Below are positions 46,185 through 56,437 of a stretch of DNA of 64,000 nucleotides, piece by piece. Numbering within the stretch: the stretch's first letter is position 1; each line of letters begins with the position of its first letter. The DNA is from Chitinophaga pinensis. GTDB taxonomy: Bacteria; Bacteroidota; Bacteroidia; Chitinophagales; Chitinophagaceae. Position numbers and translations under genes: made by a program. Under the pieces are notes generated by a model. It ran no database searches. It was not told where the DNA came from and worked only from the letters and a program-made list of their open reading frames with translations. The stretch is taken from contig CAMDVD010000013.1 of assembly GCA_945878115.1 (NCBI GenBank), positions 123-64,122 of the forward strand, read 5' to 3'.

Positions 46185-46284
46185 GTATTGCGGCAACGAT
46201 AGTAGTGGAAATCCTTTTTGCTTGCTTTGAAGCAAAAAGATTGGAACGGATAGCGTGTATGCCGCCCAGATATCTCTCACAATA
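46185..46284 (+). repeat. Structured intergenic element, copy 4
   Basis: GTATTGCGGCAACGATAGTAGTGGAAATCC-TTTTTGCTT(GCTTTG)AAGCAAAAA-GATTGGAACGGATAGCGTGTATGCCGCCCAGATATCTCTCACAATA. Confidence 0.75.
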
Positions 46285-46396
46285 AATATTGTTTTGTCAA
46301 ATATTTCATGAATAGAAAATTATTTTGTCTTCTTACATTCACATTATATTCCTTACATTTGAATCGATAGTAGATGCTTGACAACAAGCGCCAATC

Positions 46397-48442
46397 ATGA
46401 AGAAAAAAAAATATCTATTCATAACAAGTCATCACAGGAAATCTAGTCACAGCATAGGTTTGTGGATGATATGGAGTTTTATTTGTTTGCCAATATTTGG
46501 TTCTGCGCAGTCTAAAGAATCGCGTCGTTTTGAAATTGATGCCAAGCGAGTTGGTATAACCTATACCAGCAAAGAAGCATTGCCGCAAGGTCGAGAATTT
46601 AAAAGAATTGATAGTACTTATTATGTTGGTTGGATGTTGGAAGGCACCTACAAATTTGATCATGCTGCCGACTATCGAGGATATGATGTGGCAGCACAAC
46701 AATTGGATAAGGCCATGCAATTATTGCAGAAAGATTTTCATACCCAATTACAAACACGAACGACCGATGTACAAACCTATGTGACCATCATGAAATACCA
46801 TCGTGACTGGGATTATATGGCATTTGCTTTGATGCAATGTTACAGTAATATGGAAAATCCGAGCAAGGTTTGGGGCTTATTGCAACAATGTAAAAAGAAT
46901 GATTTGCAAGATGAATTGTATATGGACACCTACAATTATTTAGCTTGGACAGTACATCGAAATCGTTTTTACACCAGTGCAAAATATCCGTTTCTAAAAA
47001 ATACCATTGCAGAAAATGAGCAATACGCAAATACACTTTTAGATAGTTGTTCGCAAAAAATAAAGCGAGATGCGCAGGTCAATAAAACCATTTTTAATTT
47101 GGATTATGTTGCCGAAAAAATGCCGAGTGTTTGGCATTACAAATCAATACTATACAGCTACCAATTAAAAATAGAATCAGCTGCTTATTATTATGAACAA
47201 TTAAGGTCTACAAAATATTTTCCGGAAAATAATTATGCGACCTTTTGTGCTATTCAAGCGAATTTTAGAGAAGCCGAACATTACTATGATATTTCGAAAA
47301 AGCAAGATCCTGGCGATAAAAGAATGAAGGAATCTTATTATTATTTGTCCATCATTAATGCCTATAAAGGGAATACAAAAGCTGGTATTCAAGAGTTGAA
47401 AAATTTAATTAAAGCTAGTGGATCTACGCCTGGATTTGGTTGGTATAATATTGCACTTACGCGTGATTTATTATACGATGGACAAATAGACATTGCCAAG
47501 CGTTATGCCTTACGCGCAGAGCAGTTTAAGGAAATTCATATTGGTACAACCTTAGGACAAAGTCATTATGATTTTAGTATTTCTCTGATGAATTTATTGA
47601 TAAAAATAAGAGAAATTGAATCGATACAATTTTTACAAAAGGATTGGTGGTATTCGCCTGCAGCCTTAAAAAAGATGGCGCAATTAACGCTGGAGAAATA
47701 TAGTTTACAATTTTTAATCATCAATCAATTCGCAACTAATCCTGAACGGGATAGGGTGATTTATAATTTATTTTCAACAGAAAGTACCGTTTCCTTTGAT
47801 GAGATTTGGTATTTGATAGATGGCTTTAGTGTGAATTATTTTTTAGATAAATTTCAAGAAGAACTCAAGGCAGAAAAAAGAGAAAATGTAAAGCGTTATG
47901 AAAAATTATTTACCGCCAAATTGTACATGAAGAAAGAGAAATTTGCCATTGCTAAAACCTATTTAGAATCTATATTACAAGACACAAAATTGGATGTGGA
48001 TTATGAAAAATTATTTTTAGCAAGAGTGGCTACCGACTTGCTTATTTGTAAAACTCATTTGGATAAAAAATCAGTAACCAATGCAGATAAAATAAGTTGT
48101 TATAAATTGTATCCGCAGTTGATTCCATTCTCTACACTTACTGTTCCCATGCGTTTGCATAGCAATGAAAATAATGATACGCAGCGAGCTATCATACAAA
48201 CTTTAAAATCTTGCTCAATACAATGGGTGAGTGATGCAAGCGAAGATGCATTGGATGTGGATGTTCAATTTAAGGTAAAAGCCGGTTTGCCAATTATTCA
48301 ATATTCCGTAAAATATCATAACGAATTTGTAGTGCCACAAAATGAATTTACTTATTCTACAAATGATGATGCTGGTAAAAATTTATGTTTTTATTTGTTT
48401 AAAATCGGGAATGACGATAAGGAGATGGGAGTGGTAAAATAG
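46397..48442 (+). CDS. Hypothetical secreted helical-repeat protein
   Basis: 681 aa with an N-terminal hydrophobic signal (WMIWSFICLPIFGSAQS) and TPR-like helical composition. No family recognised. Confidence 0.5.
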   Translation: MKKKKYLFITSHHRKSSHSIGLWMIWSFICLPIFGSAQSKESRRFEIDAKRVGITYTSKEALPQGREFKRIDSTYYVGWMLEGTYKFDHAADYRGYDVAAQQLDKAMQLLQKDFHTQLQTRTTDVQTYVTIMKYHRDWDYMAFALMQCYSNMENPSKVWGLLQQCKKNDLQDELYMDTYNYLAWTVHRNRFYTSAKYPFLKNTIAENEQYANTLLDSCSQKIKRDAQVNKTIFNLDYVAEKMPSVWHYKSILYSYQLKIESAAYYYEQLRSTKYFPENNYATFCAIQANFREAEHYYDISKKQDPGDKRMKESYYYLSIINAYKGNTKAGIQELKNLIKASGSTPGFGWYNIALTRDLLYDGQIDIAKRYALRAEQFKEIHIGTTLGQSHYDFSISLMNLLIKIREIESIQFLQKDWWYSPAALKKMAQLTLEKYSLQFLIINQFATNPERDRVIYNLFSTESTVSFDEIWYLIDGFSVNYFLDKFQEELKAEKRENVKRYEKLFTAKLYMKKEKFAIAKTYLESILQDTKLDVDYEKLFLARVATDLLICKTHLDKKSVTNADKISCYKLYPQLIPFSTLTVPMRLHSNENNDTQRAIIQTLKSCSIQWVSDASEDALDVDVQFKVKAGLPIIQYSVKYHNEFVVPQNEFTYSTNDDAGKNLCFYLFKIGNDDKEMGVVK

Positions 48443-48460
48443 GGATGAATTATTTTTTTT

Positions 48461-48889
48461 CTATCCCTTTTTCAACCCCTCAAACAAAGCATCAATTTTT
48501 AATTTCTTTAAAATCTTTTGTCCTTGTATCCCTTTTGCAATCAGTCTTTCGCCACAATAAGCTTTGTAGGATGTGATGATTTCTCGACGTTCGTTCATCT
48601 TTACAAATTCCGCTGTAAACACGATTGTATCACCTATAAAAGCAGGACTCACATGATCCACTGTAATGCTTGTGCCAATACCTTCTTCGTCCTCTTCTTT
48701 CATATCCAATACAAAAAGTCGTCCGCTCCATTCCGCATCACGCGCTATAGAAAATGTTGCATATACCGCATGAACAGTACCACTTTCAAAAGTAGCAATA
48801 TCTTGTTCTTGTACTACTTTTGAAAATGTTTTTGTATCACCTATGTTGAATATTTGTTTCAATTTAAATCCCAAATTATAAAATTCCAA
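48461..48889 (-). CDS. Hotdog-fold thioesterase family protein
   Basis: About 135-142 aa with hotdog-like composition. The track start is a TTG lying inside the flanking repeat, so the real start is uncertain (for example the TTG at 48862). Confidence 0.45.
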   Translation of the reverse strand: MEFYNLGFKLKQIFNIGDTKTFSKVVQEQDIATFESGTVHAVYATFSIARDAEWSGRLFVLDMKEEDEEGIGTSITVDHVSPAFIGDTIVFTAEFVKMNERREIITSYKAYCGERLIAKGIQGQKILKKLKIDALFEGLKKG

Positions 48890-48977
48890 AAATCAAATTC
48901 CAAATTCCAAAGTCCGAATCCTAAACTACTGCCATCTCACTACTAACTACTAAATACTAAATACTAACTACTCCCTG
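48872..48977 (-). repeat. Intergenic low-complexity repeat, inverted relative of 3392-3500
   Basis: The reverse complement reads AGTAGTTAGTA...AGTAGTTTAGGATTCGGACTTTGGAATTTGGAATTTGATTTTTGGAATTTTATAATTTG. Confidence 0.6.
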
Positions 48978-50084
48978 CTACATGTACTGAAAATTAGTCT
49001 TCGGTGTCAACTTCAACAACACTTCATACATCAATTTTATACAATGTTCTACATCCGTTTTATGAACCGTTTCAACAGTCGTATGCATATAACGAAGAGG
49101 TAAAGAAATTAAGGCACTTGGTACACCGCCATTGCTAAATGCAAATGCATCCGTGTCGGTGCCAGTAACACGACTCACTGCTTGTAACTGATGATTGATT
49201 TTATTTTTCTTCGCAGTATCTACTATCAATTCACGCAAGATATTGTGTACTGCAGGTCCTATGCATATTACAGGTCCTTGTCCGCATGTAGCTTCCCCTT
49301 GTGCAGGTTTGCTCATCATCGGTGTGGCAGTATCATGCGTTACATCGGTGCAAATGGCGACATTTGGTTTGAGTCTGTGTGCAATCATGGTTGCACCATT
49401 CAATCCTACTTCTTCTTGTACAGAATTTACGATGTATAATCCAAAAGGTAATTTCTTTTTATTTTCTTTCAGCAGACGAGCCACTTCGGCAATCATGATG
49501 CCGCCCATGCGATTGTCATGTGCGCGTGCGATCCAGTATCCGTGATTGCCTTCTTCAAATCCTTCGGTGAAAGTACAAACACTGCCGATCTCAATACCTA
49601 AAGCTTCTACTTCCTTTTTGTTTTTACAATTCACATCAATCCATATTGTTTCTATCTCTGGTTTTTTTTCATTCTGTGCTGTACGTACATGAATAGCAGG
49701 CCAGCCAAATACACCACGAACTATCCCTTTTTTTGTATGAATATTCACACGTTTAGAAGGGGCAATTTGATGATCGCTACCACCGTTTCTGCACACATGA
49801 ATAAAGCCATCTGATGTAATGTATTTTACAAACCAAGATATTTCATCAGCATGTGCTTCTATCACCACTTTGAAAGGCGCATCTGGATTTATAATACCGA
49901 CTACTGTCCCATAAGGATCTACCAAATGCGTGTCAATAAAGGGTTTTATATAATCTAGCCATATCTTTTGTCCGCTGGTTTCAAAGCCAGTAGGAGATGC
50001 ATTGTCTAAGTAGGTTTTGATAAAATCCATCGAAGATTGACTGAAGAATTCTTTATTTGCTTTGCTAGTTTTTGCTTTTGCCAT
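48978..50084 (-). CDS. M42-family metallopeptidase (FrvX-like)
   Basis: Start at ATG 50084 (MAKAKTSK). Motifs VIEAHADEISW, HDNRMGG and SVQEEVGLNGA. Confidence 0.8.
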   Translation of the reverse strand: MAKAKTSKANKEFFSQSSMDFIKTYLDNASPTGFETSGQKIWLDYIKPFIDTHLVDPYGTVVGIINPDAPFKVVIEAHADEISWFVKYITSDGFIHVCRNGGSDHQIAPSKRVNIHTKKGIVRGVFGWPAIHVRTAQNEKKPEIETIWIDVNCKNKKEVEALGIEIGSVCTFTEGFEEGNHGYWIARAHDNRMGGIMIAEVARLLKENKKKLPFGLYIVNSVQEEVGLNGATMIAHRLKPNVAICTDVTHDTATPMMSKPAQGEATCGQGPVICIGPAVHNILRELIVDTAKKNKINHQLQAVSRVTGTDTDAFAFSNGGVPSALISLPLRYMHTTVETVHKTDVEHCIKLMYEVLLKLTPKTNFQYM

Positions 50085-50337
50085 GATTATTTTTTGTGCG
50101 ACAAATATAAGGAATCGCAATGGTAATTTAGTTGAAAAATAGAACCTTCATTTATTATTCAATTGGTAAAATAATATTGAATATTACTTGCTATCTAATA
50201 CTAATTCGTAGCCCGAATTTCTCTATTTGCCGTTTGCAAAAAACTACAGTTAAAACCATAGGGTATCAACGGTGTTTACTTCATCTCTTTGTTGTTTATA
50301 TGCATTTTTACTTATCTTGTGCCCCAAGGCGAAATAC

Positions 50338-51468
50338 ATGAAAATAGGATTTGATGCAAAAAGAGCTTTTCATAATCAAACTGGTTTGGGTAATTATAGC
50401 CGAACTTTGATTACCTCATTAGCTACTCAATTTGCAGAACAAACATATTATTTAATTAATCCTAAGCCATCGTCCTTGTTTAAGGATCGTCCAAAAAATT
50501 GTATTGAAATTAACCCCACTCACTTTATCACCAAATTATTTCCATCTCTATGGCGCTCCCGTTGGTGTGTAGGGGAAATAGAAAAAACTGTAGATATTTA
50601 CCATGGACTCAGTCATGAATTGCCTTATGGCATACAACGAAGTAAAGTCAAAAAAGTAGTGACTATTCATGATTTGATTTTTGAAAAATATCCAGAACAA
50701 TATGCGTTAGTAGATCGATGGATTTATCGTAGAAAAATAAAATCAGCTTGCCAATTTGCGGATAAAATTATTGCCATTAGCGAACAAACGAAAAAAGATT
50801 TGATAGACCTTTATCAAATTCCTTCAGGTAAAATTGTAGTTTGTTACCAGTCTTGTGATCAAAGATTTTTTGCAGAAATAATAAAGCCAACTGCTCCAAC
50901 TATACCATTGCCCCCTCGTTATTTTTTGTCGGTTGGAAGCATTATTGAACGAAAAAATTTAGCTCGTATTTGTGCAGCATTTCAACAAATTGTAAAACAA
51001 GAACCGGACATAAAATTAGTCGTCATTGGGAAAGGTGGAAAATATAAAAAGAAGATTATTGCCTATTTACAACAAGAAAAAATCATGGAATCTGTTTTGT
51101 TTCTAGAAGATAAATATACTAGCGCAGACATTCAATCGTCATTACCTTGGATTTACAAGCAAGCCATCGCTTTGGTATATCCATCTTTATATGAAGGCTT
51201 TGGTATTCCTGTAATTGAAGCCCAAGCAAGTGGTACAGTTGTGATTACGTCCAATTGTTCCAGTCTTGTAGAAGCTGGTGGTGATGCGGCTATTGGCGTA
51301 AACCCTGTACAAGTGGATGAAATAAGAATGGCGATGCAAAGTGTAATGCACGACGAACCTAAACGGACTGAAATCATTAAAAAAGGAAAATTGAATGCGG
51401 CAAAATTTAACAATGAAAATTGTGCGAATGCCGTCATGGAAGTGTATAAATCAATGAAGCATGAATAA
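50338..51468 (+). CDS. Glycosyltransferase family 4 (GT-B)
   Basis: Start at ATG 50338 (MKIGFDAKRAF). C-terminal EGFGIPVIEAQASG motif. Confidence 0.8.
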   Translation: MKIGFDAKRAFHNQTGLGNYSRTLITSLATQFAEQTYYLINPKPSSLFKDRPKNCIEINPTHFITKLFPSLWRSRWCVGEIEKTVDIYHGLSHELPYGIQRSKVKKVVTIHDLIFEKYPEQYALVDRWIYRRKIKSACQFADKIIAISEQTKKDLIDLYQIPSGKIVVCYQSCDQRFFAEIIKPTAPTIPLPPRYFLSVGSIIERKNLARICAAFQQIVKQEPDIKLVVIGKGGKYKKKIIAYLQQEKIMESVLFLEDKYTSADIQSSLPWIYKQAIALVYPSLYEGFGIPVIEAQASGTVVITSNCSSLVEAGGDAAIGVNPVQVDEIRMAMQSVMHDEPKRTEIIKKGKLNAAKFNNENCANAVMEVYKSMKHE

Positions 51469-52030
51469 TTATGAACAAGATATAAAAGACACGGTAAGTG
51501 TATTAAAGGATGGGGGAGTGATTCTTTATCCAACCGATACCATTTGGGGTTTGGGATGTGATGCAAGTAATGAAAAAGCAATTCAAAGAATAATTCAAAT
51601 CAAACATCGAGATGCAAATAAAAGTTTCGTTTTATTGATGACAGATTTGAAACAACTGTATAAATATATTGCGAATCCATTGCCTCATTTGCAAGAAATA
51701 GTGGAGAGCTTTCATTCGCCAACTACTTTAATCTATCCGGGAGCAATCAATTTACCCTCCAGCTTATTTGGTCCTGATGGATCCATTGCAGTTCGAATTA
51801 CAAAGGATACATTTTGTAGGTCATTGATAAAAAGATTGCGCCAGCCTATTGTGTCCACATCTGCTAATTTAAGTGGCGAACCAAGTCCAAATTATTTTCA
51901 AATGGTTACGGAAAGTATTCATGAACAAGTGGACTATGTAGTACAATACCGACAAGAGGATAGAACCATTCAGGAACCATCTACCATCTTGAAATTGTGT
52001 GACGACGGTACTTTGCTAAGAATCAGATAA
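51461..52030 (+). CDS. tsaC: L-threonylcarbamoyladenylate synthase (Sua5/YciO/YrdC family)
   Basis: 189 aa; GGVILYPTDTIWGLGCDA and VSTSANLSGEP motifs. Overlaps the upstream stop. Confidence 0.8.
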   Translation: MNNYEQDIKDTVSVLKDGGVILYPTDTIWGLGCDASNEKAIQRIIQIKHRDANKSFVLLMTDLKQLYKYIANPLPHLQEIVESFHSPTTLIYPGAINLPSSLFGPDGSIAVRITKDTFCRSLIKRLRQPIVSTSANLSGEPSPNYFQMVTESIHEQVDYVVQYRQEDRTIQEPSTILKLCDDGTLLRIR

Positions 52031-52091
52031 GTGTGCTTTTTATTTAGTTTAAAATCTTGTACGTTTGCATCCTTAAAAAAAGGAAAGAACA

Positions 52092-52751
52092 ATGAGAGCA
52101 TTGAGAAGAATAATTGTTTTAAATAGATTACCAATTGCAGTGTTGCTAATTATTTCGGGCATACTGATTACTTGGCAAGTGAATCATGGCATTTGGGTGA
52201 GTTGGATATTTTTTCTAATTGCTATTTTAATGGTTGTTGCACATTTTATGATAGGTCCAATCACCTTGATACAAAAGCATGTAGAAGATGGTGATTTTGA
52301 AGGCGCACAAGTGTTATTGGCAAAGGTAAAATATCCTAATTTGTTGTATAAGCCAGTTCGTTCGGCATTCTTTATGTTAAAATCTAATTTCTCCACTATA
52401 GGTGAAAATTTTGAAGATGCTGAAGCAGAAATTCGCAAAAGTTTAGCTGTCGGCATTTCAGATAAAGGAGTTGAAGGTGGTGCTTATTTACAATTAGGAA
52501 TGATTTCGTACAAAAAAGGAAACAAAAAAGAAGCGTATGAAAATTTAAGAAAGGCGGTTTCTTTAGGATTACCAGATAAAGATTCTGAGGCTTCTGCTTA
52601 TTTGCAGTTATGTAGTATTTGTGGTGAACGCAGAGATTTTAAGGGCATGAAATTTTACTATGTGAAAGCGAAAGCTTGTAAATCTAAAAACGAACAAGTG
52701 GTGAATCAGATCAAAGAAATGGATAAATACATTTCAAGAGTTCCTGGATAG
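52092..52751 (+). CDS. Hypothetical membrane-anchored TPR-like protein
   Basis: 219 aa, with two N-terminal TM segments followed by helical repeats. Confidence 0.5.
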   Translation: MRALRRIIVLNRLPIAVLLIISGILITWQVNHGIWVSWIFFLIAILMVVAHFMIGPITLIQKHVEDGDFEGAQVLLAKVKYPNLLYKPVRSAFFMLKSNFSTIGENFEDAEAEIRKSLAVGISDKGVEGGAYLQLGMISYKKGNKKEAYENLRKAVSLGLPDKDSEASAYLQLCSICGERRDFKGMKFYYVKAKACKSKNEQVVNQIKEMDKYISRVPG

Positions 52752-52844
52752 GATTTCTTTAGAATATTCCACTATCGGTTGTGTGTCTCACCAACCGAAA
52801 TTGGGCAAGGAAGGTTTGTGAAGATAGGAAACCATGGATTGATA

Positions 52845-53918
52845 TTACTTTTCAAAAGGAACGCGAAGGATATATTTTACATTGGTCGTAGTTGGTGCAA
52901 GGTAGGTGAATGTTGGTAATTTTTCTATGGCTTGTGTTACTATATCATCATATTCTTTACCCATACTATCAAGCACTTTTATTCCTGTTGTTTTTCCCTG
53001 TGGATCTACTTCAAATGCAATGTCCATCGTGCCTTCTTTTTGGTTTTGTACCATTGCCAATTTCATTTTTATCCTATTGCTCAAGGTATCTTTTAACTGG
53101 ACTAAACCTCCCTTGAAAAGTGGATGTTGGTTCACTTGGCTATAGATTCGAATAGTATCTTGTTTCATGATAGACACATCATAGGATTGTTTTTCGTCCG
53201 CCAATGCAAAGTTGATGGGTTGTACAAAATATACTTTTACTTTCTTCCCATTCTGTTCACCAGATTTCCATTTGGGCGATTTTTTAATAACCCGTAATGA
53301 CTCTTCATCGCAACCATCTCCGATGCCTTTTTTGATTTTCGCATTTTCAATATTGCCATTTGTGTCTACAATAAATTGAACTAGTACTTTGCCTGTTGTT
53401 CCATTGTCGATTGCTTTATTTGGGAATCTCAATTCATGGGATAAAAATTGAATAAGTTTACCTTCACCACCAGGAAATTCAGGCATCGACTCCACATATT
53501 CAAATGCTTTACTTGTACTGGAATCTTTATTTTGATTAGATACATTCAACCAAATCATAGAATCAGAAATAGCATTGGGTAATAAATTTGCATCCGTAAA
53601 ATAAATTGGAATTCGTAAAACTTGCTCGCTATGAAACCCTGAAAAAAACGGATTCCAATCTTTGATATTTTCGATAACCTGTAATACAGATTTTGAACAA
53701 CCATCGCCAATTCCTTTACGTAAATAATTTTTTTTCATTTCGCCTTTCTCTGTAATAAGGACATCCACTACAACTGCACCAGATACTTTATTTTGCTGTG
53801 CTGCGAGGGGATATTCGATTTGCGCAGAAAGCAAATCCGCTAAATTTTTTTCTTGAGCAAGAACGGATAATGTTGCACCTACAACGCAATAAAATAGGGT
53901 TATGATTTTTTTATGCAT
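52845..53918 (-). CDS. Secreted protein with repeated TonB C-terminal-like domains
   Basis: Start at ATG 53918 (MHKKIITLFYCVVGATLSVLAQE). Repeated GIGDGC...(W/V)..P(K)W...G motifs of the TonB_C type. Confidence 0.5.
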   Translation of the reverse strand: MHKKIITLFYCVVGATLSVLAQEKNLADLLSAQIEYPLAAQQNKVSGAVVVDVLITEKGEMKKNYLRKGIGDGCSKSVLQVIENIKDWNPFFSGFHSEQVLRIPIYFTDANLLPNAISDSMIWLNVSNQNKDSSTSKAFEYVESMPEFPGGEGKLIQFLSHELRFPNKAIDNGTTGKVLVQFIVDTNGNIENAKIKKGIGDGCDEESLRVIKKSPKWKSGEQNGKKVKVYFVQPINFALADEKQSYDVSIMKQDTIRIYSQVNQHPLFKGGLVQLKDTLSNRIKMKLAMVQNQKEGTMDIAFEVDPQGKTTGIKVLDSMGKEYDDIVTQAIEKLPTFTYLAPTTTNVKYILRVPFEK

Positions 53919-54016
53919 GTTATATTTTTTGACTGATTTCATAAATTCTATTTTGATTAAGCTTTTTCTATAATTCATTCTTCATTTGGATAAGGAATGA
54001 ATATTTCTGCAAGACG

Positions 54017-55030
54017 CTATTCTCCTTTTATTTTCCGAATCAACTGTGCCAATCCTTCTTTAAATTTCATTTCTTTGCTAGAAGGTTGTTGTGCGCCCAA
54101 TTGCCATTTGCCATCGGCATAATATATTTTATAATAAAAAAGAAAAGTTTGTTCAGCTACACTTTTATCCAAATTACCTCGGCCAAACTTCGGAATAAAT
54201 ACTTCTAATGTGTCTTTGTTTTGTTGGGTAAAATAAAATCCTTGACTAAACCACTCCAGCATACGCGCATCTGGGCTTGGGCTTTGCACCAATGCATTTG
54301 CACGAATCGGGTAGCTATGCCAACGAATAGAATCTGATTTTTGAAACAATGAATATTCGCCAATTTTTAAAACGGAATCTGCATTTACTACACTAAACCA
54401 CAACACATTGTTTAGTATGGTAGGATTGCTCATATAATTGGTATAAGGTATATTATTCGCAGCCAATGAATTTTTGAAATGCACGTCGGCAATTGCTTTA
54501 TTCACAAAGGAAAATCCGAAATAAATAACAGAATAAATGAGAACAGCAGACATGATACGCAATCGCGGAATGGAATTGCTTTTATAGAATAAAGCTACGA
54601 TTGCCATAATGAGAATTGGGATGGTCAGAAATAAATCTGCAATTGCCATATTGTTCAAAGAAACTAATTGGGTAGAAAACGGCAAGAAAATTCGTGTGCC
54701 ATAATTGGTGCAAATATCTACTAAGGAATGTCCCCATAGGCATATAATCCAAAGGAGAAACCATTCTTTATAACTGATTTTCTTTTTGAATAACATATAA
54801 CAAAGCCAAGCCATTGGAAAGGCAGTGAGTAATTCAATAAAAAAAGAATGGGTATAGCTTCGATGATACAGTACATAGCGGCGAACATCGGAAAGGCCAG
54901 AAAAAAACAAATCGAAATCTGGAAATGTTTTCGCAAAAGCACCAATAATCGCGGCTTTACGGCCAATTTTTTTGCCCAATATTTTATCGCCAATTGCAGC
55001 ACCTAAAACAATATGTGTGATTGAATCCAA
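54017..55030 (-). CDS. Membrane-bound metal-dependent hydrolase (YdjM/DUF457-like)
   Basis: 337 aa; MDSITHIVLGAAIG N-terminus, an HRSYTHS motif, polytopic. Confidence 0.65.
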   Translation of the reverse strand: MDSITHIVLGAAIGDKILGKKIGRKAAIIGAFAKTFPDFDLFFSGLSDVRRYVLYHRSYTHSFFIELLTAFPMAWLCYMLFKKKISYKEWFLLWIICLWGHSLVDICTNYGTRIFLPFSTQLVSLNNMAIADLFLTIPILIMAIVALFYKSNSIPRLRIMSAVLIYSVIYFGFSFVNKAIADVHFKNSLAANNIPYTNYMSNPTILNNVLWFSVVNADSVLKIGEYSLFQKSDSIRWHSYPIRANALVQSPSPDARMLEWFSQGFYFTQQNKDTLEVFIPKFGRGNLDKSVAEQTFLFYYKIYYADGKWQLGAQQPSSKEMKFKEGLAQLIRKIKGE

Positions 55031-55060
55031 TGGAATTTTTTTAATGAGAATGAATAAAAT

Positions 55061-56042
55061 TTACATTAAGCATAAGGTGATAATGAAATAAATGGAGGCA
55101 ACAACAAAGAACGCGATGAAATAAGAAACCGTTAAAATACATTGTTTGAAAAATAATAAAACCGAGCCACTTGGATATACTTTTTTTAAAGAAAAAAATA
55201 AATAGACGCCAATGCCTATAATACAAAGGAAGTTACAAAGAGCGTGAAATAAGGTGTATGGAATTATATAAGTCAAGCCAGCTGTAATACCTAATAGCAT
55301 AAACAACATGACATGAAAATGTAAACTAAAAATGATATGATCTACATAATAATATTTTTGCTTTCTGAAAATGAGTAGGAGCAGAAAGGCGAAAAATGGC
55401 AATAGAATAAAAAATATTTTTGGGATATTATGTACAAATTTTTCGATGAAAATTTCACTGATATTACCAGTAGTTCCATATTTGTCAGAAATTATATAAA
55501 ATTTTCTGACCATGAATCTAGTAATGAAATCATCTTTCAAACTATCTGGCAATTGATGTTGTACAGAATCATAAGATTGAATATTATTTTCATTTAGTGT
55601 CAAATTACCATTCTTAATGATGGAATTTTGTCGAACAGAATCTATAAGTGATTCTAATGATTCTACAGAATCTATATTTTTATGATTCACTTGTAATTTC
55701 ACATCGTTGCTTTTTTCTGATGAATGAAAACTGAAAAAGAAGAGAAAGAAGACGGTGGTTACAAACACATACAATTGAATGGGGGGTGAGGTATTTAACG
55801 CGTTTGCCTTGAATAAATTCTAGTGTAACTATGCCTGGTTTTGTAAATAATGTTTTTAGCGTGATCCAAAATTTGCTATCGTAATGAAAATAATCGCCGA
55901 TAAAATGACTTGCCATATGCCAAAAAGAATCCTTGTGCAGAAATGCCTTCTGTCCGCAGTTGCCGCAGAATTTTCCAATTAGTGGGTATCCACAATTCAA
56001 GCAATTTTCTTCGTGATGATATTCTTTTTCTTGAAAAGCCAT
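55061..56042 (-). pseudogene. DUF3667-like zinc-ribbon membrane protein, split by a +1 frameshift in a C6 run
   Basis: ORF 55680-56042 carries CLNCGYPLIGKFCGNCGQ. ORF 55061-55774 carries the TM-rich remainder. Deleting one C from the run at 55781-55786 joins them as ...RVKYLTPPIQLYVFVTTVFF... Confidence 0.7.
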
Positions 56043-56165
56043 TGAGGCTTAAAAGTAATGGATTTACTTTATTACTCTTTGATATTTAATTAAAATTTTG
56101 TTAGCAATAAAATGATGTATATAATATCAGGTCGATAAGCTTATTTTTGTGCAAAATTATAAAAC

Positions 56166-56405
56166 ATGAAAAAAAATATTTTAACATTCTCCGCACTAGC
56201 CTTAGTTATCTTGGTTCAGTCTTGCGGCGAAACAGCAATGGACCCAATGGCGGTTCAGGCAAAAGTGGATTCACTTGCAGCCATCAAAATTGAAGAAGCG
56301 AATGCTAAAGCTACAGCAGATTGCGAAGCACGTATGGCTACTGAAGTAAAAGCTACTACTGATTCATTGTTACAAGCTGCTCAAACAGAAAATGCACCTA
56401 AATAA
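56166..56405 (+). CDS. Small lipoprotein, paralog of the next gene
   Basis: 79 aa with a lipobox (ILVQSCG) and a helical Ala/Lys-rich body. Confidence 0.6.
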   Translation: MKKNILTFSALALVILVQSCGETAMDPMAVQAKVDSLAAIKIEEANAKATADCEARMATEVKATTDSLLQAAQTENAPK

Positions 56406-56437
56406 TTGAATATTTATCACCAATTAAAAATAGAAAA

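Noticed and set aside
46185-46284. tRNA-like or tRNA-derived origin of the four-copy element (reverse strand has GTTCCAATC resembling a T-loop and a 6-bp closing stem)
   Set aside because: No cloverleaf can be drawn: there are no D or anticodon arms, the position-57 purine is missing, and there is no CCA-compatible acceptor end. The resemblance is limited to 9 nt.
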